A stretch of DNA of 64,000 bases from Tubiluchus corallicola (lineage: Eukaryota; Animalia; Priapulida). The position numbers were made by a program, and so were the translations under genes. The stretch spans positions 669,173-733,172 of the forward strand of contig JAQGDQ010000007.1 of NCBI GenBank assembly GCA_030141605.1, written 5' to 3'. This document shows, piece after piece, positions 1 to 12,520 of this stretch (positions are counted from its first letter, which is position 1; the number at the start of each line of letters is the position of its first letter). The notes beneath the pieces were generated by a model, which was not told where the DNA came from, ran no database searches, and saw nothing but the letters and a program-made list of their open reading frames with translations.

Positions 1-3000
1 GGTTCCACAGGTATACCGACGCTAAGAATAGGGTTGGGTTGTGGTTTTCCTATTCCTGCCATATGCGCAATTTCTGCAGCCCACGGTCCAGCTGCATTAA
101 AACAAAAGGCAAAATGTAGCGGGTACACCTTACCATCATCCATCTTTATCTGTAATAAACGTTAATAAGTTTAACAGGTTAAATCCATAAATACGAAGAG
201 ATTACAGTAAGTTCTTACTTAGCGATACTGATGCGTTCCAGCAAAATGCGATGTTAAGCGAAACTAAGGCTTCCATAGAAAGCAGTGTAAGAGTATTGAG
301 ATACACTCCAGAGGCAGAAGTCAATGTTACTTAATTCATATAGTTTTTACATTTTAGGAATTTTATTTATATTTCAATTGATTTCTTTCTTTCTAATTGC
401 TTGAAACTACCTATCTTTTTTACCAATACCTAGCCAGCATCAATGTTGAAGTGCTAGCTATGCAATTAGCAATTTGCATAGTAAAAGCCAAGCCCCGGGG
501 AAGCCTTTTGAGACATACAGTCTAGCCTCGTTATTTCACCCCTCGTTATGCCGCCAAACTCGTCTCTCGCCATAGAAAGTACCAGGACAGATTTCCTGCT
601 TTGATGTTTACCTCTTTAAGTCGCCACCCTCGCTTCTCGCCCTCGCCACGTCATGCTAGGATGAGTGCTTATGTAAACTATATTCGTTATGCCGCCAAAC
701 AGACAAACTCAGAGGTGAATCGATCAATACATATACCGCGTGTCGATCAATATAACCGCGGTATGTAGACAATGCTGCTGTACTCGATAGACAGACATAA
801 TTAATCTAGTGTGTGTCTCACCAGGATTAGATTAGGAGTGCTGTGGTCGGTTAATGCGCAGAGAAACTAAAGTGCCAAAGCTGCGTTTTGGATGAATTTT
901 TGAAGTCCCTCAACCGCAGAATGGCGAGTGAAAACCACCATATTTTGATGCTAATGGACAATGCACCCAGTCACATCATCCCTGAGAACTTAACTCATAT
1001 CCGCAGTGAGTTCTTGCCGCCTACCACTGCCAGCCACCTGCAGCCGATGGCCGCCGGTATCATCAGTGCATTTAAGTCCCACTACCGTCGCTATCTGGTT
1101 CGCATCTATGTGGATGCAATCGACGCAGAATGTACACCAAAGGTTGAGATCGGTGACACAATCCGCTGGACAAAGCTGAGCTGGGACGAAGTGACGGAGA
1201 GCTGTATCAAGAACTGCTGGTGCCAAACAGGTATACTACCAATAGAAGCAGCAGCCGCGGACGCTGACACTCAGTCGACAGCTGAAGCCCACCGTGAATT
1301 TCGCAACCTATTTGAGTCGCTGGGTATGCCGGCTATGCTGCTGATGACACCGGCCGAGTACTTAATCACCTGTCCACCTCCGAGATGATGACTGACACAG
1401 AGATAGTTCAGCTTGTGAGTGAAGGGCAGGCCGCGCGCAGCAGCGATGAAGATGACACGGGCAGTTGCCATGAAGATGATGGCGCATCTCATGTATCGAA
1501 TGACCAGGCAGCAGCAGCTGTCGACACACTGATGCGATACTTTGAACAGTCTGACAGAGTCACAAGCGAACGATATTCAAGGATTGTGTTTGATTAGACG
1601 TCGTGTTGACTGCTTCCGTGTATCATCAATGAAACAGTCGTCTCTTCTGAATTATTTCAGTCATCAGTAACTCACTTGTGAACATTTCTAAATCTTTTGC
1701 TAAGTTTATTGCATTTAAGTGTATACTCGAAAAAGGTTTTTTAAATAAAAAAGTAACATTCTAAGATTATTTTTATGACATTTTTTCATTTCTGATTTAA
1801 TGTTGATTGGTATCATAATGCGAAATATATTTTATATGTACATACAGGAACACTATGTTAATCAACTATTATGTATATACATATAGACTAACTTCGTTAT
1901 ATTCCCGTTATCTCGCCATACTCGCCTCTCGCCAAAAATTTGCCCTAGACGGACAGTGGCGAGATAACGAGGCTAGACTGTATTTCGTCTAGATAGTGGT
2001 TACTATAGCAACAGGTCACAGGCAAGATTACTTCGCACAAAGCCTTCAAGTGAGTGAGGGCTTTGTATAGGTAGTGATTTTGTACAGGTAGCTAGCTTTA
2101 TCAGTCACGTGGGAAGCAAAAACACAAATAATAATTGTACTGTTATTAATGTGTTTTTACACCAGAATAATGCAATATGTACTGTTTCAATGCTTCAAAT
2201 TAGGTAAAAAATCTGTTGATAAAATAAAAAGTGGCTTTGAGTGACGTAAAAATCCTCGGTAAACTGAAACGTGACATTATAAGTGAAAAATAGGACTCAA
2301 ATGTTTAACGTTGGTAAAATAAAACGTCGCTAAATGGAGAGTCATCAAGAGCAAACTTACTGCATTTTATGTTTTGTTAACATTTCAAGACGTTCACCAA
2401 ATCAACAACGTGTATGAATCAATGATCACCAGCGTATTATAAACCGACAATGTATCACAGTTAGCGATGCAGTGATCAGATGCAATGAATTGAGTCAATA
2501 CTGGCATGGCAGAGGAGGGCTGAACCAAAATGAATTGAGCAGAAAATTTACTAAGCCATTGTCAACTTCTGTCAGCCAGGACAGGGGCACTGTCGTTAGT
2601 GTTCAATCGAGCTAATTTACTGTGAGTCAGCTTAAAGTGATGCTTAGGTAGCATTCCAGCCACTATTAAAACGAGTATACACACATTTGATTAAATGACA
2701 CTAGATCACAGACACCAGAGTTTGGCGGTCTCATAATCTATCAACACACTTGAAAGTTACACTTGCAGTTGGCTGAGCATTTGCACATGCACTGACACGA
2801 CACTGCACGATACAATAAAATTTTAAGTTAAAAGACAACATGAAACATGAATTTTCTGAACAGTATCGATACAGATATTACTGAACCAAATCAAATCAAC
2901 CGGTCCAGAAAGTCTGGTTTGGTGCGATCAGGCAACCAAACAATTCTTTAAGTCACTAATCAGAGTAAAGCACATGATGACTAAATATGTATAATTGCAC

Positions 3001-4425
3001 TTACAAGTGCAGCTCGGAGTTTCTCAAACTCTTCGTTGCTGTCTTCCAAGTACACCTCTTCCTGCTTCTCAAACTTGAAGCCAACCACCTCCCCTTCAAT
3101 ATACTTGACACCTAGTGACATGGCTTTATGTTTGAATGCGGCCAACAATGACCAAGGGTCAAACCAGCCTTCGTTCTCCAAGCCTGAATAAAATAAAACA
3201 TACGTTTATGGCAAACCTGCAAAAACAGGATTCATTTAGAAGAACATTTTTGCCATTATTTGCTACATAGCATGAAATATTAATCTGTTTTAACAACATG
3301 CTCATGAGTATTATTTATTAGGAAACATAAATGAACAAAAGGCACACAAATTAAAAATAAAATACATTATAGAGCTTAAAAACATATATATTCAAAGACA
3401 AACCTTCTCTCACTTTAAACACTACTGACATTACTAACTAGTGCTACTAGTGTATTTACGCAAGTAATACACACTTAGTACATATTAACTTAAACAGCAC
3501 AAACATTGTCTTCCTTACAAAATAAAATAATGGATTTCATCTTACCATAGCAACCAAGTGCAATGCCATCTGTATTCAACCAAGGGAACTTTTGTCGAAG
3601 CTGATTTGCTGTTAATAACTCCACCTTAGCACCATATTCACTGAAATTACAAAAAAAACATTATAAAGTAATCTAGAATCACAACTATTTTATACAAGAA
3701 TTCAGTGATTGTTAAAGTGCCAGCATGTTTTCTGGCTTAGCTGCTGTGTCTGAAATTTTGAAAAATCTTTATTTTGCCACAGTTCTAGTAGTGGTCAGAG
3801 ATTTGAGGTTAAATAAGCTCCAGATGTCTGCAAATAAATTGTAAATATAATTAAATATGCTTCCAAACAAATAAATGAAATATTTAAATGTGCATTTGCA
3901 TTTTTCTAGTTTGCAGCTCAAAATTATTCTTGACAGCAACTTTTTTGTTACTCCAGAATTTGCAACAAATTTTGCTACGGGTACATGTTTATGAAATATT
4001 TTGGCCTTTGTAATTGGTGACCTGTAAACCTAAACGGTTTGGATTATGTCTAGTTCCTTCACGCATAGAACTAGAAAGTTGTTGTAATGTATAATAGATG
4101 TAAACTGTCATTTAACTAAATATTTTCTCACTCACACACTCATTACTTATTTCTACTGCGACATGATCGACATACGAACAATGACAGTAACAAAAACTTC
4201 AAATGTTGTTGAAACTTTTTAAAATAGGCAGGGTTGCAAGTTGTTTACATGCAAGGAAAATGCACTTTACTTTGTAAAATGTGAAAAGTTGATATATCAT
4301 TACATCAGCAAAAAATACTTCAAATCAATGACCAAAAACAGAAATGAAAGCCATGGTAAAAATTATTTTGCTTATTAAGGCAGCCCATTGCTTGAGGCAA
4401 CAGTAACAAGGACAAAGGTACAATA

Positions 4426-4477
<52 letters not shown>

Positions 4478-4510
4478 GTGATAATGATAATGATAATGAT
4501 AATGATAATG

Positions 4511-4594
<84 letters not shown>

Positions 4595-7283
4595 CATAGG
4601 TAAGCTATTATTACCCTAAATACCAGATGCCAAGCAGAGCAACAGCACATACCATTTTTAAAGTCTTTAGTATTACCCAGCAGCAGTATCAAACTAACGA
4701 CCTCCCAGACGGAAAGCGGACGCGTTACCACTGTACCGCTAAACTAAAGTACGTAAGCAAAGTGGAATAAAATCACCATAGTTCATTTTAGAAAATTAAT
4801 TAGTTACTTACACTTGTAATTTATAATTATTTTGTAAATTCTCAGCATCTTCATCTGTTGCTAAAAATAGATATCCCTGATGATGGAATTGAACGTCCGG
4901 AGGATCAGAATCTATAAATGTAAAAAGGAAGTAACTATTCACATTGCCTACATAAAACCAAAATAGTGCTTCTACCATGTTGTTACCAGTTAAAGGTTTC
5001 AAAAATGGCAGTTGTGTCTATTAAAAGACTATTGCATTTTTTTTTAGTAGACAGCGAGTAAGTGGCTAACCCAGTCTAAAACTCTAAATGCCTCCTAGAA
5101 GCCTTGCCCAGTTACGATGAAAAAATTTCTAGCTAGGAAAGATTGAGCTCGGCTAAATTTGGCATTTTCCCCATAAAGTGCATGATTATTACGCCTATTA
5201 TTAACATGCGTTTATCCCCCTATTAGAACAAGCAAATGTGTAATGCAGGTGGGAAATAATATGAAATAAACCTGAGTCAGTGCTACAAGGCCCTTTTTTA
5301 CAATTACTAATTTTGCTCACTAAAAAAAATCTACGGAAGATCATCTATTCCTTAGATATATTAAAACAACATTAGCTTTCCACTCTCTGCAAGCGACAAT
5401 CGCAAAACTTTCCGCTACTGCAGACTGCTGAGGGCAAGTTCTGAACAAAACTCATTATCAAAGCAAATTTTCTAAATGTGAATCACTAAACCAGCAATGG
5501 CATCTTGGTCTCGTGATCACATCGGACTTATCCTCCTTGTTGAGGTAAACCGTCTTCGATAAAATGGCAGATGAAACTGGTCAAGAGCAATTTCGCCAAC
5601 ACTCACTCATCCACTTACTAACTAGGTGCTGCATTGCTTAACTTCGCAGTCAAGCATGGGGCACTCTAACCATTTGATAATTTCACTCACACAAATCACA
5701 CACTAGAACTCATTATCAAAGAGTAACAACATCATCACATAAATTAAGTCTATTTACAATATTTTTCCCACATTCGGTATTTTGCCTTGATGATAATAAA
5801 TGAAAACATTTTCTTTTTTGCTTTAAATGTAAAATATAGGAAGTTTCAATCCCACCATAACCTCTCAACATTAATAGGAGAACCTAGCCCTGACCCTGCC
5901 ATTTTCAGACTATCATTGTGCCAAATTGTATAGAAAATATGTCACTACAAATTTAATTTTTAGTTACAGTTTCTTATCACAAACTTATCTCAGGTTGACC
6001 GCGATAACGCTAAACACAACTATTAAAAATGACTAGAAATTGATTAGAAAACCTGCGTCATAGACAAACTGCAATTATTTTGTGAAAAAAAATAGTGAGT
6101 AAATCTTCTGAAATGTATATACTGAATTGAACTGAAGTAACCTATTAACTTCTCTCAAACACATTAAAATTCATTGAAGACGAAACTGAGAAGTATAAAT
6201 GAAGTTGACAATGCATAAAACACAGTCGGTCTAGGCACATTGTTTGAAACAAGCCTTAAAATAAAGTAATTCACCTAAAACACTCAAATGCATTCTTATG
6301 TTCCTAAGAAATTCTGCGCCGAATAACGACATCTGGATATTTTCCGGGCAAGAGAACTGCTGCCTGATGCCTCCCACAGAAAGACAAGTAGCTGCCCTTG
6401 TATACTGAAACATAAAGGTTACAATGGTTCACAGTAACTAAACTGACAAAATATTAATCCAATTTAGAGGGTAATAGGACCTATTGACAAATTTTATACT
6501 TCATAATATTCTATACTTTTAGCTCTTGAATTAGTCTACTAGATTATTTAAATATTTACGAGAAATCAAATTTTTGATTATCGTATTTCAATATATTAAC
6601 GATACTAATTATTTCAAAATGAATAACTGAGTAAGTCTGCAATAGCCTTGCAAGCTAGTTCTTATTTTGTTGATGTTATGTCTAACTTTTGTTACATGAC
6701 AACAGCTGGCTAAAATAGCTAAAAACATCTGGCATCATGTAATGCATGGATTCAAAGTAATGCAGATGTCAGCCACCACGTGAACAGATACATCAGATGT
6801 AAGTTCAGGTATCAAACTACACACTTGTTCATAACAATTATGCAATTAAGCATACTGTACTTTTGAATCTTGCTCAACAACAGTACATGTGAAGCCCTCT
6901 GGGTTACGCTGTTTCAACCAATAGGCTATGGCGCTGCCTATAATCCCTCCACCGATTATTACAACATCTGACTCGTACGGAACTTTAATACTGGATTCAA
7001 CTGTACCGGGCATTCTTGTTACGTCGTTCTTCAGGATTCTAAGAGCTCGAAGAATGTTATTTTCTTCTGGTGGCATCTGAAAGCATTCAATTTATTAAAA
7101 AAATCCCACTAAACTGTTAAATGAACGAATTGTTTCAAGTTATAATTTACCCAAATAAATCAAGTTTATAATGGTAAACATAATCAACATATTTATTAAT
7201 TGTTTTGATTTTGGTCAGCTACTTACCTGACTGCTACCACCAGACGTTGATGACAAAAGTCGCCTTGTCACGGCCCTCCACAT
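1..7283 (-). CDS. FOXRED1: FAD-dependent oxidoreductase domain-containing protein 1 (complex I assembly factor), multi-exon, 3' end beyond window start
   Basis: Phase-consistent GT-AG exons: 7283-7227 ([19 protein letters not shown], mitochondrial-presequence-like), 7076-6861 ([22 protein letters not shown]-binding motif), 6404-6275 ([18 protein letters not shown]), 4911-4812 (QGYLFLA), 3640-3546 ([13 protein letters not shown]), 3183-3005 (ENEGWFDPW), 149-<1 ([17 protein letters not shown]...IPVEP). Confidence 0.95.
518..1980 (+). mobile_element. Tigger/pogo-family DNA transposon, internally deleted, in a FOXRED1 intron
   Basis: 23-bp TIRs: cagtctagcctcgttatttcacc (518-540) and the reverse complement of ggcgagataacgaggctagactg (1958-1980), 21/23 identical. 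TA TSD at 516-517 and 1981-1982. Subterminal ctcgttat/ctcgcc repeats. Confidence 0.92.
888..1597 (+). pseudogene. Truncated, frameshifted DDE_1 (pogo/Tigger/CENP-B-like) transposase
   Basis: [50 protein letters not shown] motifs. No N-terminal HTH. Frameshift near 1385 leads into an acidic C-terminal tail. Confidence 0.88.
4422..4593. repeat. Compound microsatellite (TAA)n/(TGATAA)n, probably the tail of the adjacent SINE
   Basis: Directly visible; it generates the spurious poly-Tyr and poly-Ile ORFs. Confidence 0.95.
4594..4740 (-). mobile_element. tRNA-derived SINE with a MetaSINE-like central domain
   Basis: Minus strand reads: A-box-like ggtacagtggtaa, B-box-like gtttgatact, then ggtaatactaaagactttaaaaatggtatgtgctgttgctctgcttggcatctggtatttaggg (resembles the Meta domain as I recall it), then an (ATT)n tail. 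Confidence 0.7.
5500..5675 (-). mobile_element. 5S rRNA-derived SINE head/5S-like fragment
   Basis: Minus strand cgaagttaagcaatgcagcacctagttagtaagtggatgagtga resembles the 5S internal control region (cgaagttaagca...ggttagtacttggatgggtga), preceded by a tRNA-like tggttagag. Confidence 0.6.
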
Positions 7284-7936
7284 CACGAAAACCTGCGTTA
7301 ACAGCTAAGGAGTTAAAAAACTAATAAAGAAAATTTAATAAGTCTTAAAATGGAATTACTAAATTAAGTGTAGCTTGGAGAAGACGACAAAAATTGCAAA
7401 CCATAACTCCAATAATGGGGCCTAGTTAAATACATACAATTTGAAGAAAAAAATCTCATTGCTCCCAATTTATTGAACCTGATGACAAAGGCAACTATCA
7501 TAGTTTGGAAGCAGAAACTATGATTAACATGTGATTTAAACATCGCCCACTTTTTACCAATAAACTGTAGATTTTCTATTTATTATCCTAATTCTTTTCA
7601 TTACAAATCGCCTTAGAGTTCTCAATTATTGGAGAAAATGCGATAAATCGATACCAATAGTGGATTCAGATGCATGTAAGCAAATATATAAATATTAGTG
7701 AATTAGCATAACGGCAGTAGTTATTAAATTTATTACCCACTGTGTAAATGTTACAAAAGTGACTATAAAATGCTATTGAACTTTAAAGATTCTGATATGA
7801 CTCATACTCATAGTCACATAATGAATTTAGGTAGCAGTATATTATGGAGTACAGTCCTACACTTGAAGCAATGCAACAAAGAATAAATTTTTGTTATTTG
7901 CTGATTGTTTATATTAGTTATTACATGATCTATCTA

Positions 7937-8736
7937 CAGTAGGCGCTGCTTAATAGACTCACTTTGGGACCGACGCATTTTCACCTAATTAACCACTGAA
8001 CCTTTTAACCGATGGGTGTAGTATTACGTGCAGTTAAAAATTAGAAAAAGTAGTTTAAAATATTAATTTATATAAATAAATTAGCAATAAATTAAAAAGT
8101 AGACTTTTCTAAATCACAGACGTTTCTAAGTCTGTTTATTTGCAAAAATTACAAAAATTCCTTCAAAGTCTGATGCTTCATTTTCTCACGAAGAAGTTGG
8201 CCCACAAGGTTCTCATAATTATAAAAATGTTGAAAATCTGTTGTATTGCGTGACTAAAACAGTTCTGAATTGTCTGCTCACTTAAATTGCTCTTATTTGC
8301 TGTATGAAGTTTACTCTTGTAAATCACAAGGAATACCGTACTTATATACTGTACTTGTATCTTTGACCGTTAACTCATTAAGCCTGAAAGCGCGATTTGC
8401 AACGAGAGCATCAAAAGGAAACCACTAGGCAAGTGATTAAATGTTTAGCTTCCAGAAATTCCTTGGGTAACAGATTCAAAGCAAAACAGCTATGCTAGCG
8501 TATTAGCACATGATAAATATACCTGCTTACAAACAAAACGGTACTTAACATGATTGTTTCTACAAATACAAATATCATATTTTAAATAGGTGAAGGAAAA
8601 ATATGGAGTCAATTATGCGGAGCTATTTGAGTCAATTATCGATATAGTTTTTACGTATATTTGAATAGAAGCGGCCCGTTCCAGGCGTTTTTGAGTCAAT
8701 TAAGCGATTGAGTCTATTATTAAGCGGCACCTAATG
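7937..8736 (+). mobile_element. Non-autonomous Tigger-like MITE, copy 1
   Basis: TA|cagtaggcgctgcttaatagactca ... tgagtctattattaagcggcacctaatg termini. Internal blocks are shared with 23371-24033 and 63504-64000. Confidence 0.8.
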
Positions 8737-9018
8737 CATTATGGTTATTGGTTTAAGAAGTGTGTGATTTATGCGCAGGCCTAGTGTAATCTGATTACTA
8801 ATCATAACATTTTTATTTGTGTATATACATGTGAATGTATAGTGCAAGCTGTAAGCCATGCTATAATCAGTTTTTAATATTTCAGTGTTTACCGGTTAAG
8901 CTAATTGAGGTTTTCTAAGCTTTAAAAAGGCGCTAGATCCAATATTCAACCTTCTTTTAGTAACTTAGACATCTTTAGTGCACAAGAAACTGTCTAGATA
9001 TTTGAAAGCTCCCGAACT

Positions 9019-9310
9019 TTACCTCATTTTTTGTAAATTACAGACAGTCAAACAAACACATGCTAAAGTGATATGGGAAATCACCGAAATAAAAATCCTT
9101 TTTTTGTGCCGTTATGCTTGACTCCGCTTTTGCGACGATCAGTTCGTGTTTAACGCTGTTCCTCAGGTCCAACGACCGTGTTATAGGAAACTAAAATTAA
9201 ATCAAGCATTTTATGTCTATGTTTGTTTTTACGGATAATGTCCGTAATTTCCAGTGGAATGTAATGATAAAACTAATAGTACCTTTTATTAACGCACCTT
9301 CGTGGTGAGT
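9019..9310. promoter_or_regulatory. Candidate bidirectional promoter with divergent non-coding first exons
   Basis: Locally CpG-rich. Minus-strand donor gag|gtaaag (exon end 9023) and plus-strand donor gtg|gtgagt (exon end 9304). The FOXRED1, NTMT1 and NAGS start-codon exons are each preceded by acceptor-like sites. Confidence 0.45.
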
Positions 9311-9459
9311 AAACCCTCATTTCCGTCTCTTGCACCAATCTCTAATCCACAACCTTGTCGAGTCGTTCGTTGTTGGTCTACTCTCCTCCAACTATACCAA
9401 ACTGGTGTTAAAATGGGAGGTTTCTCGCACGGAGTTCTAAACCAAGTTCATGTTTAAAA

Positions 9460-9960
9460 TTACAATTTACATTGTTCGCTCTCACTAATGATTCTGGTAA
9501 CGAATTCCACATTATCATTTCAACTTGTGAAAAACTATGCCACTACCTTTCAGTACTGCACCAACGTGTAATGCTTCTGTTGAGCAAAAAAAACTGGTTT
9601 GCATTGATATCAGTAAATCCCTTAAGAATCTTGAACATTTCAATGTCTCCCCTTACATCTTCTTACAGAAAGTCGATACAGGTCTAGTTTTTGTGAGTCC
9701 TTTAAGACCTATGATCATGTCCACAGCTCGTGCTTGAACGTTTCGAGAGCACGGATGTCCTTGAGATAGTAAGGGTCCCATACCGGACTGGCATATTTGA
9801 GAGGATGACGAACAAGAATTTTGTATATTGGGTGAATTGTCTCAGCTTTTCTGGAAGTTATGGTCATACTAATTAATCCAAGGATTCTGTTACTCTTAAT
9901 AATTTTCTTAGGCATATTGGTTTTGTCTTAAAAATTTGGTTTTCGCAGTCAACTACTGCT
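9460..9960 (-). mobile_element. Degraded non-LTR (CR1/L2-type) retrotransposon RT C-terminal fragment
   Basis: KSNRILGLI...YKILVRHPLKYASPVWDPYYLKDIRALE, the typical LEYASPVW.P....DI..LE motif. Confidence 0.8.
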
Positions 9961-11981
9961 ATGGTAGTTCTGTTGTGTTTAGTCAATAGTTTACATTTAT
10001 GTTAATTATAATAATTATTAATTAATCTCCAGTCATCATGGGAGCTGTTGGGAATAGTTGTGAAATGATGCAGCAAGCCAATGTTTTGATTGTGAGAGTA
10101 AGCGTGTAAACTAAACTGCGCACCATATACTTTTAGAATCTCAACAAAGAGATCATGTAAAACTAGACAAGTTAAATTTGTATTTAACAAGAATAATTTT
10201 ACTCACATATAACCATTAATAATCGTCTCTGTAAAAAATTTTACAACCTTAGAAGCAACAACACAATTTAAACCATAGTCACAATACAATTTAAAACTTC
10301 AAGTTATTATCAAATAAATAAATAAATAAATAATATATATTATACAGTACACACATACACCTCACAAACGATTTTAATAGACTCTTGGAAAAATACACTA
10401 TTCTTATGTTTATTTACCCTTTAACATTAAAATTTACTTGTTTTGTTTGTCAACACGTTCCGCTTATTCAACAGCATATTTCCAACAACTGGCAGAATTT
10501 CATACTGCAAGTGTTCATCTTTATGGAGCTTTGTTTCTGTTGCATACATATTTATTAAAATTGCACGAAACATGTTAGATATAAAAAACATACTGAAACC
10601 CAAAGCTGACATGAAAAATAAAAAATTATAATGTTCTCCCAATTGGATCTGGACAACACACCCTCAATCAAACTATTTTGGTCATTTGTAAGCGAATAGT
10701 GTGTATTTCAAATAAGCATGCTTAGTACTAGTTCAAATGATATAAAAATGTCCTAAATTCACTTGACACAGAGCTGTTCAAAAGTACACCGACAATTGGA
10801 AATAAAAATGTCCAGAATAGTAAAATTATAGCAAAATGGAATAACAAACTCAGAGATAATGTTAAGCAAAGCAAATATTTTGACGTTACTTTATGATATG
10901 ATAACCTTTGAATAAGTTTTAAATATCCTATGAAAAACAAGCTCACTAAGACATATTTTAGTGTAGCATCTGAAGCTGTAGCCGGGTAAAAATTAAAAAA
11001 ATTGTCAGTGTCCTTTTTGAGAAAAATCATCTAATAAGCCATTTATAATTGATGCCTTGTTAACCAACAGCTGCTAGAGACAAAATGAGAATGATACATC
11101 AATGAGCTCTGCAAAATGACTGATATATTTAAAGCCTTTACAAAATAAAAGAAATATTATCCTACTGGAGAATGTGATATATAACGTCATACTTATAAGG
11201 AGTCCCCAATTAAGACTAGTGGGGTATCCAGTCCAGTAAAGTTTAAAGTGAAGATTCCATAGGTTGGAGATAATCCTCCTATGATACTAAATTCTATAAC
11301 GTAAACAAAAACTGAGAGCAAATCTGCATTGGAATTATATAACATAAATTCGATCATCAATCCAACAAGAGTTGACGAGAGAGTCAATAATTTCATAATT
11401 TGCCGTCAAATTGCGGGATAACTTCTTCGCATAGCCACCACCACTATAAACTGCACTTCTGCCTGAAAAAGAATTAACTATTGGAAATACACTAGTATTG
11501 ATGTTCCCCGAGTTGATAACAGGAACTAGCTTAAAAAAATTAGAAAAAGTGCCAGAAATTAATGTGCAAAAAGCATGTTTTCTGTGCAGCAAAAATACTT
11601 TGCAATTGCCAACAAGAACATGTGCCTCTAATCTAAATTTCACTGTAAAACCAGACTGCAGGACATATTTCTCAGAAATGAAAATAAACTGCAAGCTGCA
11701 GTCAAAAGTCTTTATAACGTCAGTTCTGGGACACCACTTATAGCTGGGTTGGCGGTAAGGTGTGGTTCAACAAAGATTAACAACCTGCGCTGAAGCCAGA
11801 GAAGATGCAAACTGGGTCACCTGCCATGGTTTCACAGATTCATTGATTACAAAAAGATTCTCTTACCTACTCCATTCTCGCTCACTTCACACAAAATAGG
11901 ATCACACTAAAAATTTAACTATTGATGCACTCTAATGCTGACTGTGAGCATCTGCTAGAAGAAGGATTTCCTGTGTCACAG

Positions 11982-11983
<2 letters not shown>

Positions 11984-12052
<69 letters not shown>
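11984..12052. repeat. (AT)n microsatellite
   Basis: Directly visible. Confidence 0.95.
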
Positions 12053-12055
<3 letters not shown>

Positions 12056-12520
12056 CGGCTACACTTACAACTCATCATAATTCTCATGTGACCATACTCA
12101 CCAACCCCAGCTTAGGAAAATAGTGACCATTTGGTCCCATGAACCTGACTGCAATAACCCAGGTGCATTACAGACAAAGTGCTTATTTAACTATGATAAT
12201 TTACTTTTACTGTGCAATCTTACATAACTGAGCTGTCTATTTTTAATGTGCTAATCTTGGAATGGTTTTTCACTGAAATATTGTAGGCCTATGGGTAGTA
12301 TCTGCATCTATCTGTATACATATCTATCAATTCGAAATACTGAAATTCGGTTCGATTCGAATTCGAAAGTCGCAAATTCGATTCGGTTTGAGTTTGCTTT
12401 CTCTCAAAGAATGCTCACCCGTATTTAGGATTTGTATGAACGTTTCTGTGGTCTTATTATCTTATTATTATTACTTTGGTCGCAGTAGCTTCTCTTGAAC
12501 GCCCGTAGTCATGGTGCGCC

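Noticed and set aside
134-149. 16-nt FOXRED1 microexon (GTAAGG donor-like site)
   Set aside because: The reading frame continues through conserved NAAGPW...PVEP, so it is an ordinary full-length exon.
4325-4731. Poly-Tyr/His and poly-Ile ORFs
   Set aside because: Translation of the (TAA)n microsatellite and the SINE.
9229-9265. Iron-responsive element (CAGTG loop) next to the ttacgga/tccgtaa hairpin
   Set aside because: Lacks the bulged C five bases upstream, and the 5-bp upper stem does not pair.
10000-11750. Cluster of 60-120 aa ORFs
   Set aside because: Probably a decayed retroelement, but I found no motif I could assign confidently.
12328-12390. Heat-shock elements upstream of NTMT1 (TTCGAA cluster)
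   Set aside because: GAA/TTC spacing is 0-1 nt rather than nGAAnnTTCn; more like a MITE subterminal or simple repeat.
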